64,000 nt of DNA from the NCBI GenBank assembly GCA_002633005.1, contig NMRA01000265.1:426906-490905 (forward strand). Reading direction: 5' to 3'. Each line of letters begins with the position of its first letter. Within the stretch, counting starts at the first letter, position 1. Shown piece by piece: positions 37,289 to 49,265 of this stretch. Made by a program: the position numbers and the translations under genes. The notes beneath the pieces were generated by a model. It made no database searches, was not told where the DNA came from, and saw nothing but the letters and a program-made list of their open reading frames with translations. Source of the DNA: Phoronis australis (taxonomy: Eukaryota > Animalia > Phoronida).

Positions 37289-38190
37289 CTTATGCGCGCT
37301 TATAGCGTTCGGGTGACAAAAGTACAACGTGACTGCGCCACCGTCAATCCTTATGCGCGCTTATAGCGTTCGGGTGACAAAAGTACAACGTGACTGCGCC
37401 ATCGTCAATCCTTATGCGCGCTTATAGCGTTCGGGTGACAAAAGTACAACGTGACTGCGCCACCGCCAATCCTTATGCGCGCTTAGGAGGCACAGAACAG
37501 TTCTCACTGGGTTATGCTTAGCAAAACACACATCACTTGATTTGTAACCTTTTCTTCACTCTGTCAAAAACAGGATGCAAAGAATGGCATGTTTTCAATT
37601 ATTTCACATAAAAAGCCCAGCAGATGAGCACAGAAACTTTGTTCTTTCTTGTATTTTTGACCATTTCATTCCCACTGAAAACCAAGCTAGACTAAGAAAA
37701 ATAAGGGCAAAAAATGCAAAATCGGCACTTTTCACCCGAAAAACACCACTTCCCTGCCGATGCACGACTAAAACCAACATTAGAGTCTGAAAGCAAATTT
37801 CCTACCAATTCCGAAAATGTGGTCCAAAAGTACTGTCAACCAACTAGTTTTTTGGCAATTCTTGCTTGTTTGAGGGCTACCTAAAATCACAGCCAATTTC
37901 TCGGTCGCTACCCAACAATGCACAATTGCAGCCGGGGCCCGCCATCTTGAAGAAGAGTGCAGCTACAGCGAAGAAAGTGGCCTTTTTTATTCACAGCATG
38001 TTCAAAAATACAAACAAACCACATTCACTGAGCCTACGTGCAATGCCCACCTACAAAATGCCCCCAAACCTGGCCTACCCCAAAATTTCTATATTTTGGC
38101 AGTGCAAATTGGCCGTGGCCGCAGCCTAACTATTCAGTGCCACCTTATAGCGTTCGGGTGACAAAAGTACAACGTGACTGCGCCACCACC
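37289..38190 (+). repeat. 61-bp tandem repeat, 4 units, 4th unit split by an insertion
   Basis: Units start at 37289, 37350, 37411 and 37472; the 4th resumes at 38145. Confidence 0.95.
37486..38144 (+). mobile_element. 659-bp solo terminal unit (MITE / solo long terminal direct repeat) with TTA TSD
   Basis: TTA|ggaggcacagaacagtt ... aactattcagtgccacc|TTA. It is the reverse complement of 55893-56553, and the neighbouring tandem units show the empty site. Confidence 0.9.
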
Positions 38191-41100
38191 AGTCTTTATA
38201 GAGTTCAAAGAATCATAATGAGACAAAATATCCTTTTCCCGTCATGATGTCTAATTTTGTTAACAGCTAAAATTACTGGTAATAACTATTGGGGTGGCAA
38301 AATTCTGATGACTCTCGCCTTGGCAGCACTATTGGCAAATTTAATTCTGTAAAATATTTTATCTATTTTTCATACCACCATAATGTTTTTTCTATATTTT
38401 GGTCTGTTACTATTAATCACTATAATTTATATTCATGGCTCTGCTCATTTACTTCGCAATATCTGTTGTGTTTATTTATATTTAATTTTAAAAATTCATA
38501 TATTCATGTAATTATTTTTGTATGATTTATGCGTGGTTCTGGGGTCAATGGGTTGTAAAGACCTTCACAGAATGTTCCTTAAACCTAATATACATTTGTA
38601 TGGGCTAACATCTGAAATAAACACACCATAACTACTCAGCAATACCGTTATGTTCAGTTATATTTCCCCTGAAATTCTTCTTGGAAATTCTTTTCTTTTC
38701 AAACAGAGACTCTACCAGAAATTTCTATTTTGTGATAATGGATCCGGACTAGCTCCAGTCTCACCTACTTGGCGATTCTTTGCCAGACCATGATACTCGG
38801 ACTAGTCTTTGTGAGCTTGTGTATTTGTTAGCACTTCTAGGTACAGATCGAATGGTGTGCAATTTACACACAACAAGTTTCTCGATCCACCGTGGCTTTG
38901 AACTTATTGATTTTGGTAATAATCGGTTGCGAAACAATGGACCCATTTATGGTGATATTGTCGCTTTCCTGCAGCAATTTTGTCCGATATACATGAACTT
39001 TTCATGGAACTGTACAAGTTTCGAGAAAATTGATTTCAATTTTAGCAAATTAAAGATGACGGAGTGGGGAAAAGTACTATGAATTGACTCTAAAATTTTG
39101 CTGTATTGTCTAAAATTTTGGGTGCCTTTGAACAGAAGTTACATTAATTATAAAACATTTAACTATATACCCTCTTTCAATTTCGTAACAAACTCGCAAA
39201 TTCAATTTCTCAAACCAAAACACGAATATTTCAAGGTTTAGAAGGGAGCTAGGGGGGGGGGTGTGATTCGCTTCACTGGCCCCTTTCCCGTCCTGCAGAT
39301 GTCCAGGTGCTGACTCGTTGGCACCTGTTCGACACAAAGTTCGTGATTGGCAGTGTACACGTATATACATTGTACATGTAGGTCTACGATACAGTAAACC
39401 ATTCTTGGCACGACAGCGACTGCTTAATTAACTTGTTGACAGACAGTGCCAATTGTTCGTTATGTTTTCTAATTTTGAACAAGAGTACTGTTCACGGAAT
39501 CACTTTTAATATTTTAATATTAAAAAGGATTTTAATATTAGAATATTCAGATGCACAGATAGGACTAAAACTGGGAGGAACTTCCCCCTAGGCGTGGTGG
39601 TTGTCTTCGTGTTTTAGTGTTTTTTTGTAAGGCAAATATCGACTTCATTAGATAATAGCTGTGTCCTTTCACTTATTCATTATTTAACTTTCGTTGGTCG
39701 TAACTAGAAATCAAATCGACAAATCAGGAAGTTTTACCCTCTTCATTATAGTGAACCGAAAACAGGAGTGAATCAACGGAACATTTGGTCATTATTCACC
39801 AACTCAAATTGTAAGCAAGGAAGTTAACATCATGGAATATGCATCAGGCTGCTCTTAACCAAAATGTGAAATGATTATTATCGGCAACCAAAATACACCA
39901 GTTTTGAGAGTGTTGAACTAACGATAACGTTTGAGCCGCTTATGTCAAAACTTGATGGTGAAAATCAGTTGATGTACAACAATGACGACCAACCTATATT
40001 GAGGTCGTACGTAGGATAATATCCAATTTGTAACTATTGAAATTCTAAATCTGATTAGCGTAGTCTATCCGTGTTGGCGATCAAAGCCCCAAAGCTGTGA
40101 GCTGCATGAACACTCTCTCTAATGGAAATAAAGGTATGAAAAATCAAATTTTTTATTTCGCTTACTTTGATTTTTTCAATTCTAAGACTATCGCAAGGAC
40201 TACAATTAGTGCAAAGTGTGTTGTTTTGCTAGAGGAGAACGTTGTTATTATGGACTTTCCGAACTGTTACTGAAGAAACTGCTACCCAACTATTCCGACC
40301 ATTACTTCAGGCACAAAAACCAAGTGTTTGCCGGAAGTCAGATGTTGGGTAACATTTATTGCCAGCGAACCTACTCCGAGATCGATTGTTGAAATTGAAA
40401 TGAAAATAAGAATACGTTCAACTCCTAAGGTGTTTACTATTTTTCGAAAGCGCTATGGAAATTATCTCAAATAATGGCATGAGATTAAGTGTTATGAATA
40501 GCCTAAGTTCCCTAACCCGTTCCATGCTGCCGGAGCACATGTGGGGACTCACACACACCGAGTTAGAATAGTTCGGTAGCCGCCCTTTGTTGAAAACACG
40601 GCTTGTGGGCTTCCTACCGTGTGACATTCACACACTCTCTTTGTATGCCCCTCTTCCTGCTGTCACCGTGTATTTCACTGTTTTTTTCGCTTAGTCGTAT
40701 ATGTTCATTTCACTCATTGCCTGATAATGAAATATGGCTAGTGTTTTATTTTTTTGTCTATTATGTCTCTCTGTGTTTTGCTACATAGCTGCACGAGTGA
40801 AAAAAGGAGATTGTTTCGCCACTGCGAGCGAGTCTGTATTAACTGTCAAACAAACACTCGCATGTTTTCAACGAAGTTTGTGACACCGAGTTAGAGTACA
40901 CAAAGTGAATAGGTAGGATCTTTAATGTTATGTCCGAGAGAACATCCAGTGAAAATGAATAGCGTTCCGTATACCAACTTTCTTGCGAGTAAAGGAAGAT
41001 CTCGCGAGACCTTGCACATTCTCGCGCTTGAAAGGGTTTCGCGAGTATGTTCGGAAGCTTACTAGCCTATCCTAACAGAATGGTTGCTCCCTAGCTTAAA

Positions 41101-42199
41101 AGATCGATCGGTGAGGTTGGAATATTGAATGGCACTGAATTCGTGAATTATGGTATAGAATCTACATGTATAAGCGAATCTTTTCGCTGCAATGAGCGCA
41201 ATTTCGTGTTTTAGAGAATACGGAACGCAGATCTGCTCTGTTTTCCTATACTGAGAATATGGAAATATACCATATAGTCGGCATAAGGGGGGGGGGGGGG
41301 GGNCAGACACCACCGAAAATCAAGTATTTGTTCTGCACCGGGAATGTGGTAGTCGAGCGCAACATCTCGTGACAACCTATATTTACACCCGTCCTCTTGC
41401 CCTCTTGTCTACTGCGTCATAGCCATCATCAATGACCGGCCTATGGGATAACGTACAGCACGAATCATAATTGTGAACTATACAAATACATGCTTTCGAG
41501 CCAATCTTAAATGGGTGTAAATTGGCGATAATTTTGTTTTGGGCATAAACGAGTGATATAAAAGGAAAGGAAAGGGCAATTTAAAAGGAACGGACTTTTA
41601 TTCAATCGATCTCAATGGCAAAATTGTGTGATACTTTGCCGATAAGGCAGTGAGATAACATGCAATTTGTTAAGTGCAATTTGACTGACGCAACTTTGCC
41701 GCCTAATGTGAAGGTCATGCGTGGTGTGAAATGTAAATGAAAATGGAATTTCCCTGTGAAACTAAGTTATTTTCAGGTTTGATGTAGCAGGACCCTGTTA
41801 TGAAAATATTTTACGTCAGTGCAACTTCGAAATCTCTTCTAATGTTCCTATTTGCAACTAGCTCGCTAATCATCAATCTTGCAGAAGGATTCAAGATTCG
41901 CATTGTCTCCTGGATCGCTTAATTTCTGAGCGGAAAGGAGTAAATTTCCGCACGTTTCTTCTAGTTTACACCTCGCGAGGTTTAGGGGGGGCGGGTCAAA
42001 TTTCCGCACTCTCGCTCACGCTTATAACAACACCTTGACTATTAAATCTTCAGACGGAACTTCTGACCTTACGACGAAATTAGACAAATCAACGGTAGGA
42101 TCTTGAGTTTTCGTGTGCAGCGATTCTCATTTAATGTCATTACTTATCTCATAATTTAATTTTGATATTGTACGCAAAACATGTAAATTGAGTTATTTT

Positions 42200-43200
42200 G
42201 GAAAGTACCTTCGGCAAAGTACAGATGCTTATTTTTTAAGGACAGGATTTTTGGCATCGTATGACGAATGCAGTTTCAGATTTAGCCATCGTATGTAGCT
42301 GTACAGTGCTATATTAAGACTCGTCCATTTCAATCATTGTTAGACCTGAGGCGCGAAACAAGTAAGTACTGTCCTTAAATGAAGACGTAGAAAAAATTCC
42401 ATAGATCTAAGGCCTGCAGTACACTGGATGAAACTTGTTCACAATTCAGGGGCCACCAAAAAGGAATTATTGTTGACAAATGGATAGGATTCATCGCACT
42501 TGATCATTGTGTAAAGAAAACATCAAATTACGTAGTTTTCAAAAACGACTGCTGAAGCAACCTGACCTGCTGTGATATCGCACGATATACAGGGTAGAAT
42601 GGAATTGTTAAGAAATATTACAGAGTTTTGAACATTAATGCAGAAAAGTGTTTTTATAATTTCTCTGTTCTGCTTCGTAGCGATAGTATGTATCTTGGTT
42701 TTATGTTACTTTCGACCTCACGTTTTTTGCTTTAAGAGAGGCCTAACTGCGGAGCAGTTGTGACGCGTATGAGCGGACTTTTTCAGAGTCGCACGTCTTT
42801 AAAACCTATTTTGAATGATAGTGCATGTAAATCAAGCTTTTGAAACCATTTCGTTGACCATGGTGAAATTGCTAAATGTAATGGACAGTGAGGTTTATTA
42901 CTTGACTTTCGCCGATGTCACAACAAGAAGACTCACTTGAAGTCAAACAGCTACGAACAACACAACACCCGTTCACTTTGGTGGACTATTCAATATACTC
43001 TAGTGATACCAGCGCTAGATGCATACATGCACATCGACTCATGCTGGCACCGGGGTACGTTCAATACTATTGCTATCGTCCGTTGTTCGTTTGCTGTTTT
43101 CTCCCATTGACTCAATTTGGCGCTAAAAGCTTCTTCGACCCAGTGTTTGAATGTTTATGAAAATCGTGCTTTCTATTGTTGCTAAAACATCACTAGTACG
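42200..43200 (+). pseudogene. piggyBac-like transposase remnant
   Basis: Ordered decayed motifs TLDET..FRG (~42421), RYTG, MDSEVYYLT and HPFTLVDY, resembling xxDExxxxFxG, YxGK, WxDxxxVxxLST and KPxxxxDYN. Confidence 0.45.
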
Positions 43201-43249
43201 TCCTGATTAGTCCATGTACAACTAGAACAACAAAAATGGTTACGAGAAA

Positions 43250-43670
43250 ACTTTAAGGGGATCACACCTGGCCTGCACAATAATCGATTGCTTGGAGTAC
43301 CGACTACTCCGAAATTGAGCTGAGTACATGAAAAATGTCATTGCTGCACCCACTTTGAGAGTAGTCCATGTTCACAGGTTATGCATAGACTGGCGCTTTC
43401 GTAGGAGTGGCGTATAGATAGAGTTCTTTTGCATGGCGTGCTTCAGACGGCACTGTTGCCAAAACTTACGTAGATTTCATCGTAGACCTAAATCAGAGGC
43501 AAAACGCTGATCTCTGACTAGCAAACACCCATGCGTTTATTAAAAACACAACTGTCATTCTTCCAACTTGATTGTCGCCATTTGTGGCTTAGCTCCTTCA
43601 GCTCCCCCAAAATGCTCCATTTTCCACGAAACTCAGAGCAGACAAGGAATGCAGTTCCACGAACATGAGA
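43250..43670 (-). pseudogene. Possible LINE reverse-transcriptase remnant
   Basis: Weak fragments LRKRQ..EHGLLSKW..SVL resemble the region before GVPQGSVL. Heavily decayed. Confidence 0.25.
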
Positions 43671-43749
43671 GGAACAGCTACTTAAAACATTAAAACATTG
43701 TGCGGCGATCGTCCAGTTTTCAACATTAGTTGTTTAGCAAAAAAATCAA

Positions 43750-44850
43750 GTGAAATCGATAATAATTTCCATCGCGTATGACACACAGAATCCCACATTC
43801 TGTACATTATTCGTTGATTTCCGTTATTGTATATATTCACAGTGCAAGTTTGTGCAACGGATTTCCCGCGCAAACAATACTGTGGAATGAACTGAGATGA
43901 CTACACGATCCCGTGAAACTTTGAAACACCTTGACGTCTTGGCACTCGCCTTAGTTGCCTCTCTCATTACTATAACGTCATAAATCTTCGACTTTATACT
44001 TCAAAATAATCCACAAATTTCTTGTCCACTCTCATCGGTTGATAATTCGGTGTTGTAGTTGAACTATATTTACACTTAATCTCAAAATCACGTATGCGTC
44101 ACCTTGTAACCTTAGGACCAGTCGGGTATTTTTTATGGTCAAGTATCACAAGAAACTTGGTCCAATGCACCCTGATGTTCACCATTGGATTTGTATGAGA
44201 GCCTCTATACAGACCGGTGCTAGTTGAGAGTTTTGGTTCCAGCAGCCATACTAAATTTATAGATAACATTTCTGAATTTAAACGAAATTATCAACCATAA
44301 AATCATCGTCATTTCCATTATCGTCGTCGTCATCGTCGTCGTCGTTGTTGTTGTTGTTACTCTGTCTTTGCTATTGTAACCCATGCATCATTGAAGCTTT
44401 AGGCGTAAATTTCGTAGTAATAAGATGACATTATTTATGATGTTATAGGAATGCATTACATTTAAAGACGGAAACGGGGCTTATCTTAAAGATATAGTAA
44501 ATATGAGTAGCATTAAAATTATATTTTAAGAAGGTTCGGGACCACGTACAGGGTATTTGTGTAATTGCTCTCGACCAAATTTTATCAGTTATATAGATGA
44601 GGAACATGTCTAGATTGTCTACATCGAAGCTCACTGTCAAAAGCTTAAATTTTGCAGATCCAAGTCAAGTACTGAGACTTTGCAGTCAAAAACAATAAAC
44701 TGACTAATATCGAAGTATATTTGACTCCCATTGAAAGAGCCAGCCTTGTATTTTCGTAAGAAACTTTCTAAGTCGGCGTAAGTCTAACGTATGTTTCTCA
44801 AACTGAAATAATCAATGTGAAATTACCGGCAACAAAGGTAGTGTGAGATA
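43750..44850 (-). pseudogene. Penelope-like retroelement RT remnant
   Basis: Ordered fragments LPLLPVIS, DISQF, LLTVSFDVDNL, CMG and PQYCLRGKSVAQ resemble PLE motifs RPIIS, IKDTxxF, VSFDVxxLY, AMG and HPxxxKxxIPxSQ. Confidence 0.5.
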
Positions 44851-46292
44851 AGAGCCAACCCGAAACCTGAAACACACTCCGCCGTAGGCAATCCAACACT
44901 TGCTGGGGTAGCTAAACCCTACTATCAATTTAATCTGAAAAACCGGCCGCTAATGACTATTAAACGTTTACCTTTAAGTTTGTCACCGATAGGATGCGCT
45001 CCATTACACGTTACCAGCGGTAGGTTCTGTTGCTTTGCCGGGGGTACCAACGAGTGTGACGTTTTCACAAAACTGTAGGGCAGGATCTTTGTTTGGATGA
45101 TGGACCCGGGGCATTTTAATATTACGAGGCTCGCTTAGTTAACAAAATCGTGAGTATGTAACATATCCATTCACTTGAAAATGATTACCCGGTGATACAG
45201 TACTTCCACCAGGATATCCAAGAAATTAGTCATCCAAAGGGTTTGTAATATAGAAGAAAAAACATGATAATTAATTAAAAAAGCCAACTTTTAGGAAATG
45301 CTTTTCCAAGTGCAGGGTACATTCTTAAAGCTTCCAGTAGATGTATAACAGCGGTGAAGTATGTCCAGTAGTAACAGTTTCAGTCAGCGGAGTAAGCACA
45401 CGTGAGCTAATCCCAGTAGAGCTGTACTGAGCTGTCTGCCTCATTACTTGGCGAAAACTTTTCGCCCAGCATATTGCTCTGACACTAAGTTTTTTTCGCA
45501 CTCTACAGGTCGCATTTTTCTTCCAAATTGGACGAAGTTCAAACACAACGTCTAGCTTCAAAATATCCGATGTCTATTGTTTTTCTTCATAATCAGATCA
45601 GTTCAAGATGCCGGACGTGGCGGCCATTTCGTTTTCGAGTCAAGATTCGAATGCTCAAAGAGACCGCAACTTTTGATGCACATAACTGAAAGTCTGTACC
45701 AATATCATTGTAGTAGACGTTCACTACAGGTGTACCGGAAATCCTTAACTTCTGGTTAAAAATGGAGAAAATATCGGCTATTGCGTATGGGCACAGCACC
45801 TCGATTTCCTGTAGAGGGCTCATTGTAGGATCACTTCGAAATTTTCATGTATTAGTTCTATATAGCTAGCTATGATTGAGCGCTGCTCAACCGGAAGTAG
45901 TTTTCGAAATGGTGGATCTGACGCATTTTCATCAATTTTTCAATCGTGCTGGGGGGCCATTTTGAAGGATTAGAGGAAATGAAGTGAATTTTTGCACGTG
46001 AATTTTTTAAGGTAAACTACTTCAAATGAAGTACACCATTTTTCTCAAAATTACAGTTTTTAAGTTGTTTGGCTTTCACTAACGAAAAAATGCATTATTT
46101 GAAATTTTTAAAAGAAGTGAAATTTTGTGAGTTTCGAACTAGCTTTCAAAAGATGTTTTCCACTTTTCGCTACAACGTCTCGTTTTTAAATTATCTGGGA
46201 TTTTCTGATGACGCCGTTCCTTTGTTGAAGGAATTTTGCTGCACTTTTGTTTGTTTATCTTCCATTGAACAAAACTATAGTATTTTTTACTA

Positions 46293-46350
46293 CCATCATC
46301 ATCATCGTCGTCATCATCATCATCATCATCGTCATCATTATCGTTGTCAT
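46293..46350 (+). repeat. (CAT/CGT)n microsatellite
   Basis: Directly visible; source of the poly-His and poly-Ile ORFs. Confidence 0.9.
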
Positions 46351-47879
46351 GGTCATCTCCATTGTCGTGTCGCTTCTCCGAGCGCTTTCATTATTAAAAT
46401 TTACAAATTACACCTCCTCAAACGGTTTCAACAAGAGGTTAAGACGGTCAAGGATGTATTGGGGACTAACTTGTTGTGATCGGTTTCTAAAGGCCGACAT
46501 GCCTCGAATTCGACACTGCCGCAGGTTCTTAAAGACTATAACAGCATCTTCTACGTTTACTCTATGCCTGCTCAATTCCACCCCGTTGTGTCAAAACTCT
46601 TGTAAACGTGCTGCCACCTATCTCAGTGTGACAACATTCAGTCTACCAAAGACGTCCTAGCCGCCTTGCGCTGTCGAGTAAAACGCATTAAATTGAATGA
46701 GTTAAGTTACGAATAGGTAGATTTATCTAGAACGGATACAAGGTTATAATTCGGTTTACAAAATCTCAAAAAATAACTGCTGGACAAGCTTAACATCAAA
46801 AACATTTCTGAACAAACGTGGCGCGGCACATAATTATAATTAAACCATTATTGCTAATTTACGAATTCCCCAAGAATTCATTATTCTTGAATGAAAAGAA
46901 ATTCTTCTTTATTTAATTGTTTAAGACCATTGATGTCATTTTGATCATTAAGAACCCATTACCAATTGTAACGACCGACTTCACACGTTTAGAAAAACTA
47001 CCCTAGCTGTCTCATACTTAACAATTATGGCTATGCCAAATTTGATTAAGTGCTACTAAAATAGACACTAAAGTGCATCTTGCCAATTTGAATGGTTAAT
47101 AAGTAATCATGACCAGAAATTTATTTGCTTGCGTCCAAGGAATGTTAAATCGCAATCTTGTCATTTCGCAAAATGTCTTGAAATAAAAATGCCTTTCTGC
47201 TGGGATTTTCTGATGAAATTACGATTCTATCACCGTAAGTGTCCTAAATCAAAAGCCGCGGTATATTGCACCTTTAAGTCACATTAATTTCAAAACATTA
47301 TTTTGGTTCTATGTTTGTGATTCTTTTGAATAAATCACAAAAATATTCTCATAAATAGAAAAATTCAATGCGCTCGGGCTACAGTGTGCATTGTCCTTTT
47401 AAAAATTATTTCTTACATACGATTTACCGCCTGGTGTCTCTCATGCTCAAGTTTACCATTGTCATCGTATGTGCAATGTATTGCGGGAAATCTAGCTTTT
47501 GGGTGAAGCTACAGTTTTAGCGGAAAGGCAATCGTTTTTAGTGACATTTTCGGTTAAAACTATTTTCTGGTTATCGCACATATAGTTTAAAAGTAATAAT
47601 AAAATTCCCCGTGCTCTAAGGGGAAATGACGTACGCGGCCCGAATCCGTTCCTATCCAGCTTAGTTTGTGCTACAACTCATTGTGGACGTCTGTTGACTG
47701 TTTTCCAGGAACTGGTGAAATTTATAGCCTACAACGAGACTAAATTAGATTTCAGGTGACTGGGACTTAACACTTCGGTGACTGCTCACATGCTCGGTTG
47801 ATAGCAACTTCTTGGTCTTGAGTCACGACAATGATTTCAGCTCCCAACCCTTCGTGATTCAACAAAGCACCCGGCAGAG

Positions 47880-48135
47880 TAGTTAGGGGTACGGCATACT
47901 GTTCCAGAACATATTGAACACGTGCTTTCATCATTACTACCTACATGTCCCTTTCTAATCCGACGATAAGAAATATTTTCCGCACAAGCGATAAGTTTGC
48001 ACCACTTTATCCATGGTGTGAACGGGCATCGATGCATTTTTGAGACGAACGAGTAAATTCCGACGACGGGTTTTGTCGTCCACTAGAAATAGATGTGGCT
48101 CATGACACATGCACACCGATACGCAATGACTTACA
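47880..48135 (-). pseudogene. Degraded THAP domain near a Kolobok-type terminus
   Basis: VSHCVSVCMC..HLFLVDDKTRRR...YRLCGKYF...VLEQYAVP. A Kolobok-like end ...gttactct|TTAA lies at ~48396; the partner end was not found. Confidence 0.55.
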
Positions 48136-48429
48136 CACTCAGAGAAATGCAAAAATGGCCTAACTTAAATTAAGATGACGACATATGTTAAGAGCAGTCT
48201 GAAGTACATGTAAAAAAAGCTGGCGGGGAATGAGTCGGGCCGAGAACGTCATTTCCAGTGTGACACATGGGTAATCAATTAGAGTCCAGGGATTATAGCT
48301 TATCTATGACAACCAAGCAATCGTGATTCAACCAAAAATATATTAGTAACGATTGCTGTCCCTTTGGACCCCCGAAAGTGCGTTCAATGTTACTCTTTAA
48401 CAGTATCCACCAGGTTCATACAACAAACA

Positions 48430-49265
48430 GGTTGTTCCATCAAAACAGGAACCCTGGTGTAAAACGGATATACTGGAGTCGAAAACAGACTCCAGCACCT
48501 TCAAAACAGCTAACCAGCGCGTAAAACACGAATCCTGACCTTTTAAACTGGAATTTCCTGAGACCGTTGTCAATAGAGCTGGGGCATCTTCAAGTACTTT
48601 GCAGTTGTTTTCTGCATTTGTTTGCTAAAAATGTCAATAATAAAACGTAACTTATATTATATTGATTTTGTTATTCGATTTTAATCGGTGAAACTCGTGC
48701 AACTTGCCTGTGCGCAAATTTCAACATAATCTACATGTATACTCTCAACACGTTGTTATCTCGGTGAATATTTAGTTAACTTCAGATTATTAAATAGTTT
48801 CACCAAAATATTTTTAAAAATCAAAAAAACCAACTTTAGATTCCCATTGTTGATTAATTTGTCGTGACATATACGCAGCCTTGTTGAAGAAGAGCAGATG
48901 CTTGAAGAACTGGGGATAAGAGAAACTGACCAATAGGTGACGCCATATTTCATGGCGCTGAAAGCCGACGCAAAAGATCGCACCACAACTTTAGCAGCAG
49001 AATAACGTAAAGTGTCAATTTTGTCTAAAATTCTCATATAGTAAAACGAAATATCACAACAACTATTTAAAGTAAGAAAATTTATTTTTCATCAAACAAT
49101 GTCTGACAGAAAGTGCGGGAATGGTGTTTCGGACCGGGATTACTGTTTTAAAGGCCAGGGTTCATGGTTTCCGGTATGGTTAGCTGTTTTGAAAGTGCAG
49201 GAGACTGTTTTCGACTCAGGGATATCTGTTTCACACCGGGGTTCCTCTTTCGACAAAACACCCTG
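48430..49265. mobile_element. Non-autonomous element with ~130-bp terminal inverted repeats
   Basis: 48430-48560 is the diverged reverse complement of ~49130-49265. Internal 48860-49020 is similar to 58280-58440. Confidence 0.7.

Noticed and set aside
37289-37485. CRISPR-like regular repeat
   Set aside because: Contiguous near-identical 61-bp units with no unique spacers, no cas genes, and a eukaryotic context.
46069-46660. Poly-His and poly-Ile ORFs
   Set aside because: Produced by a (CAT)n microsatellite.
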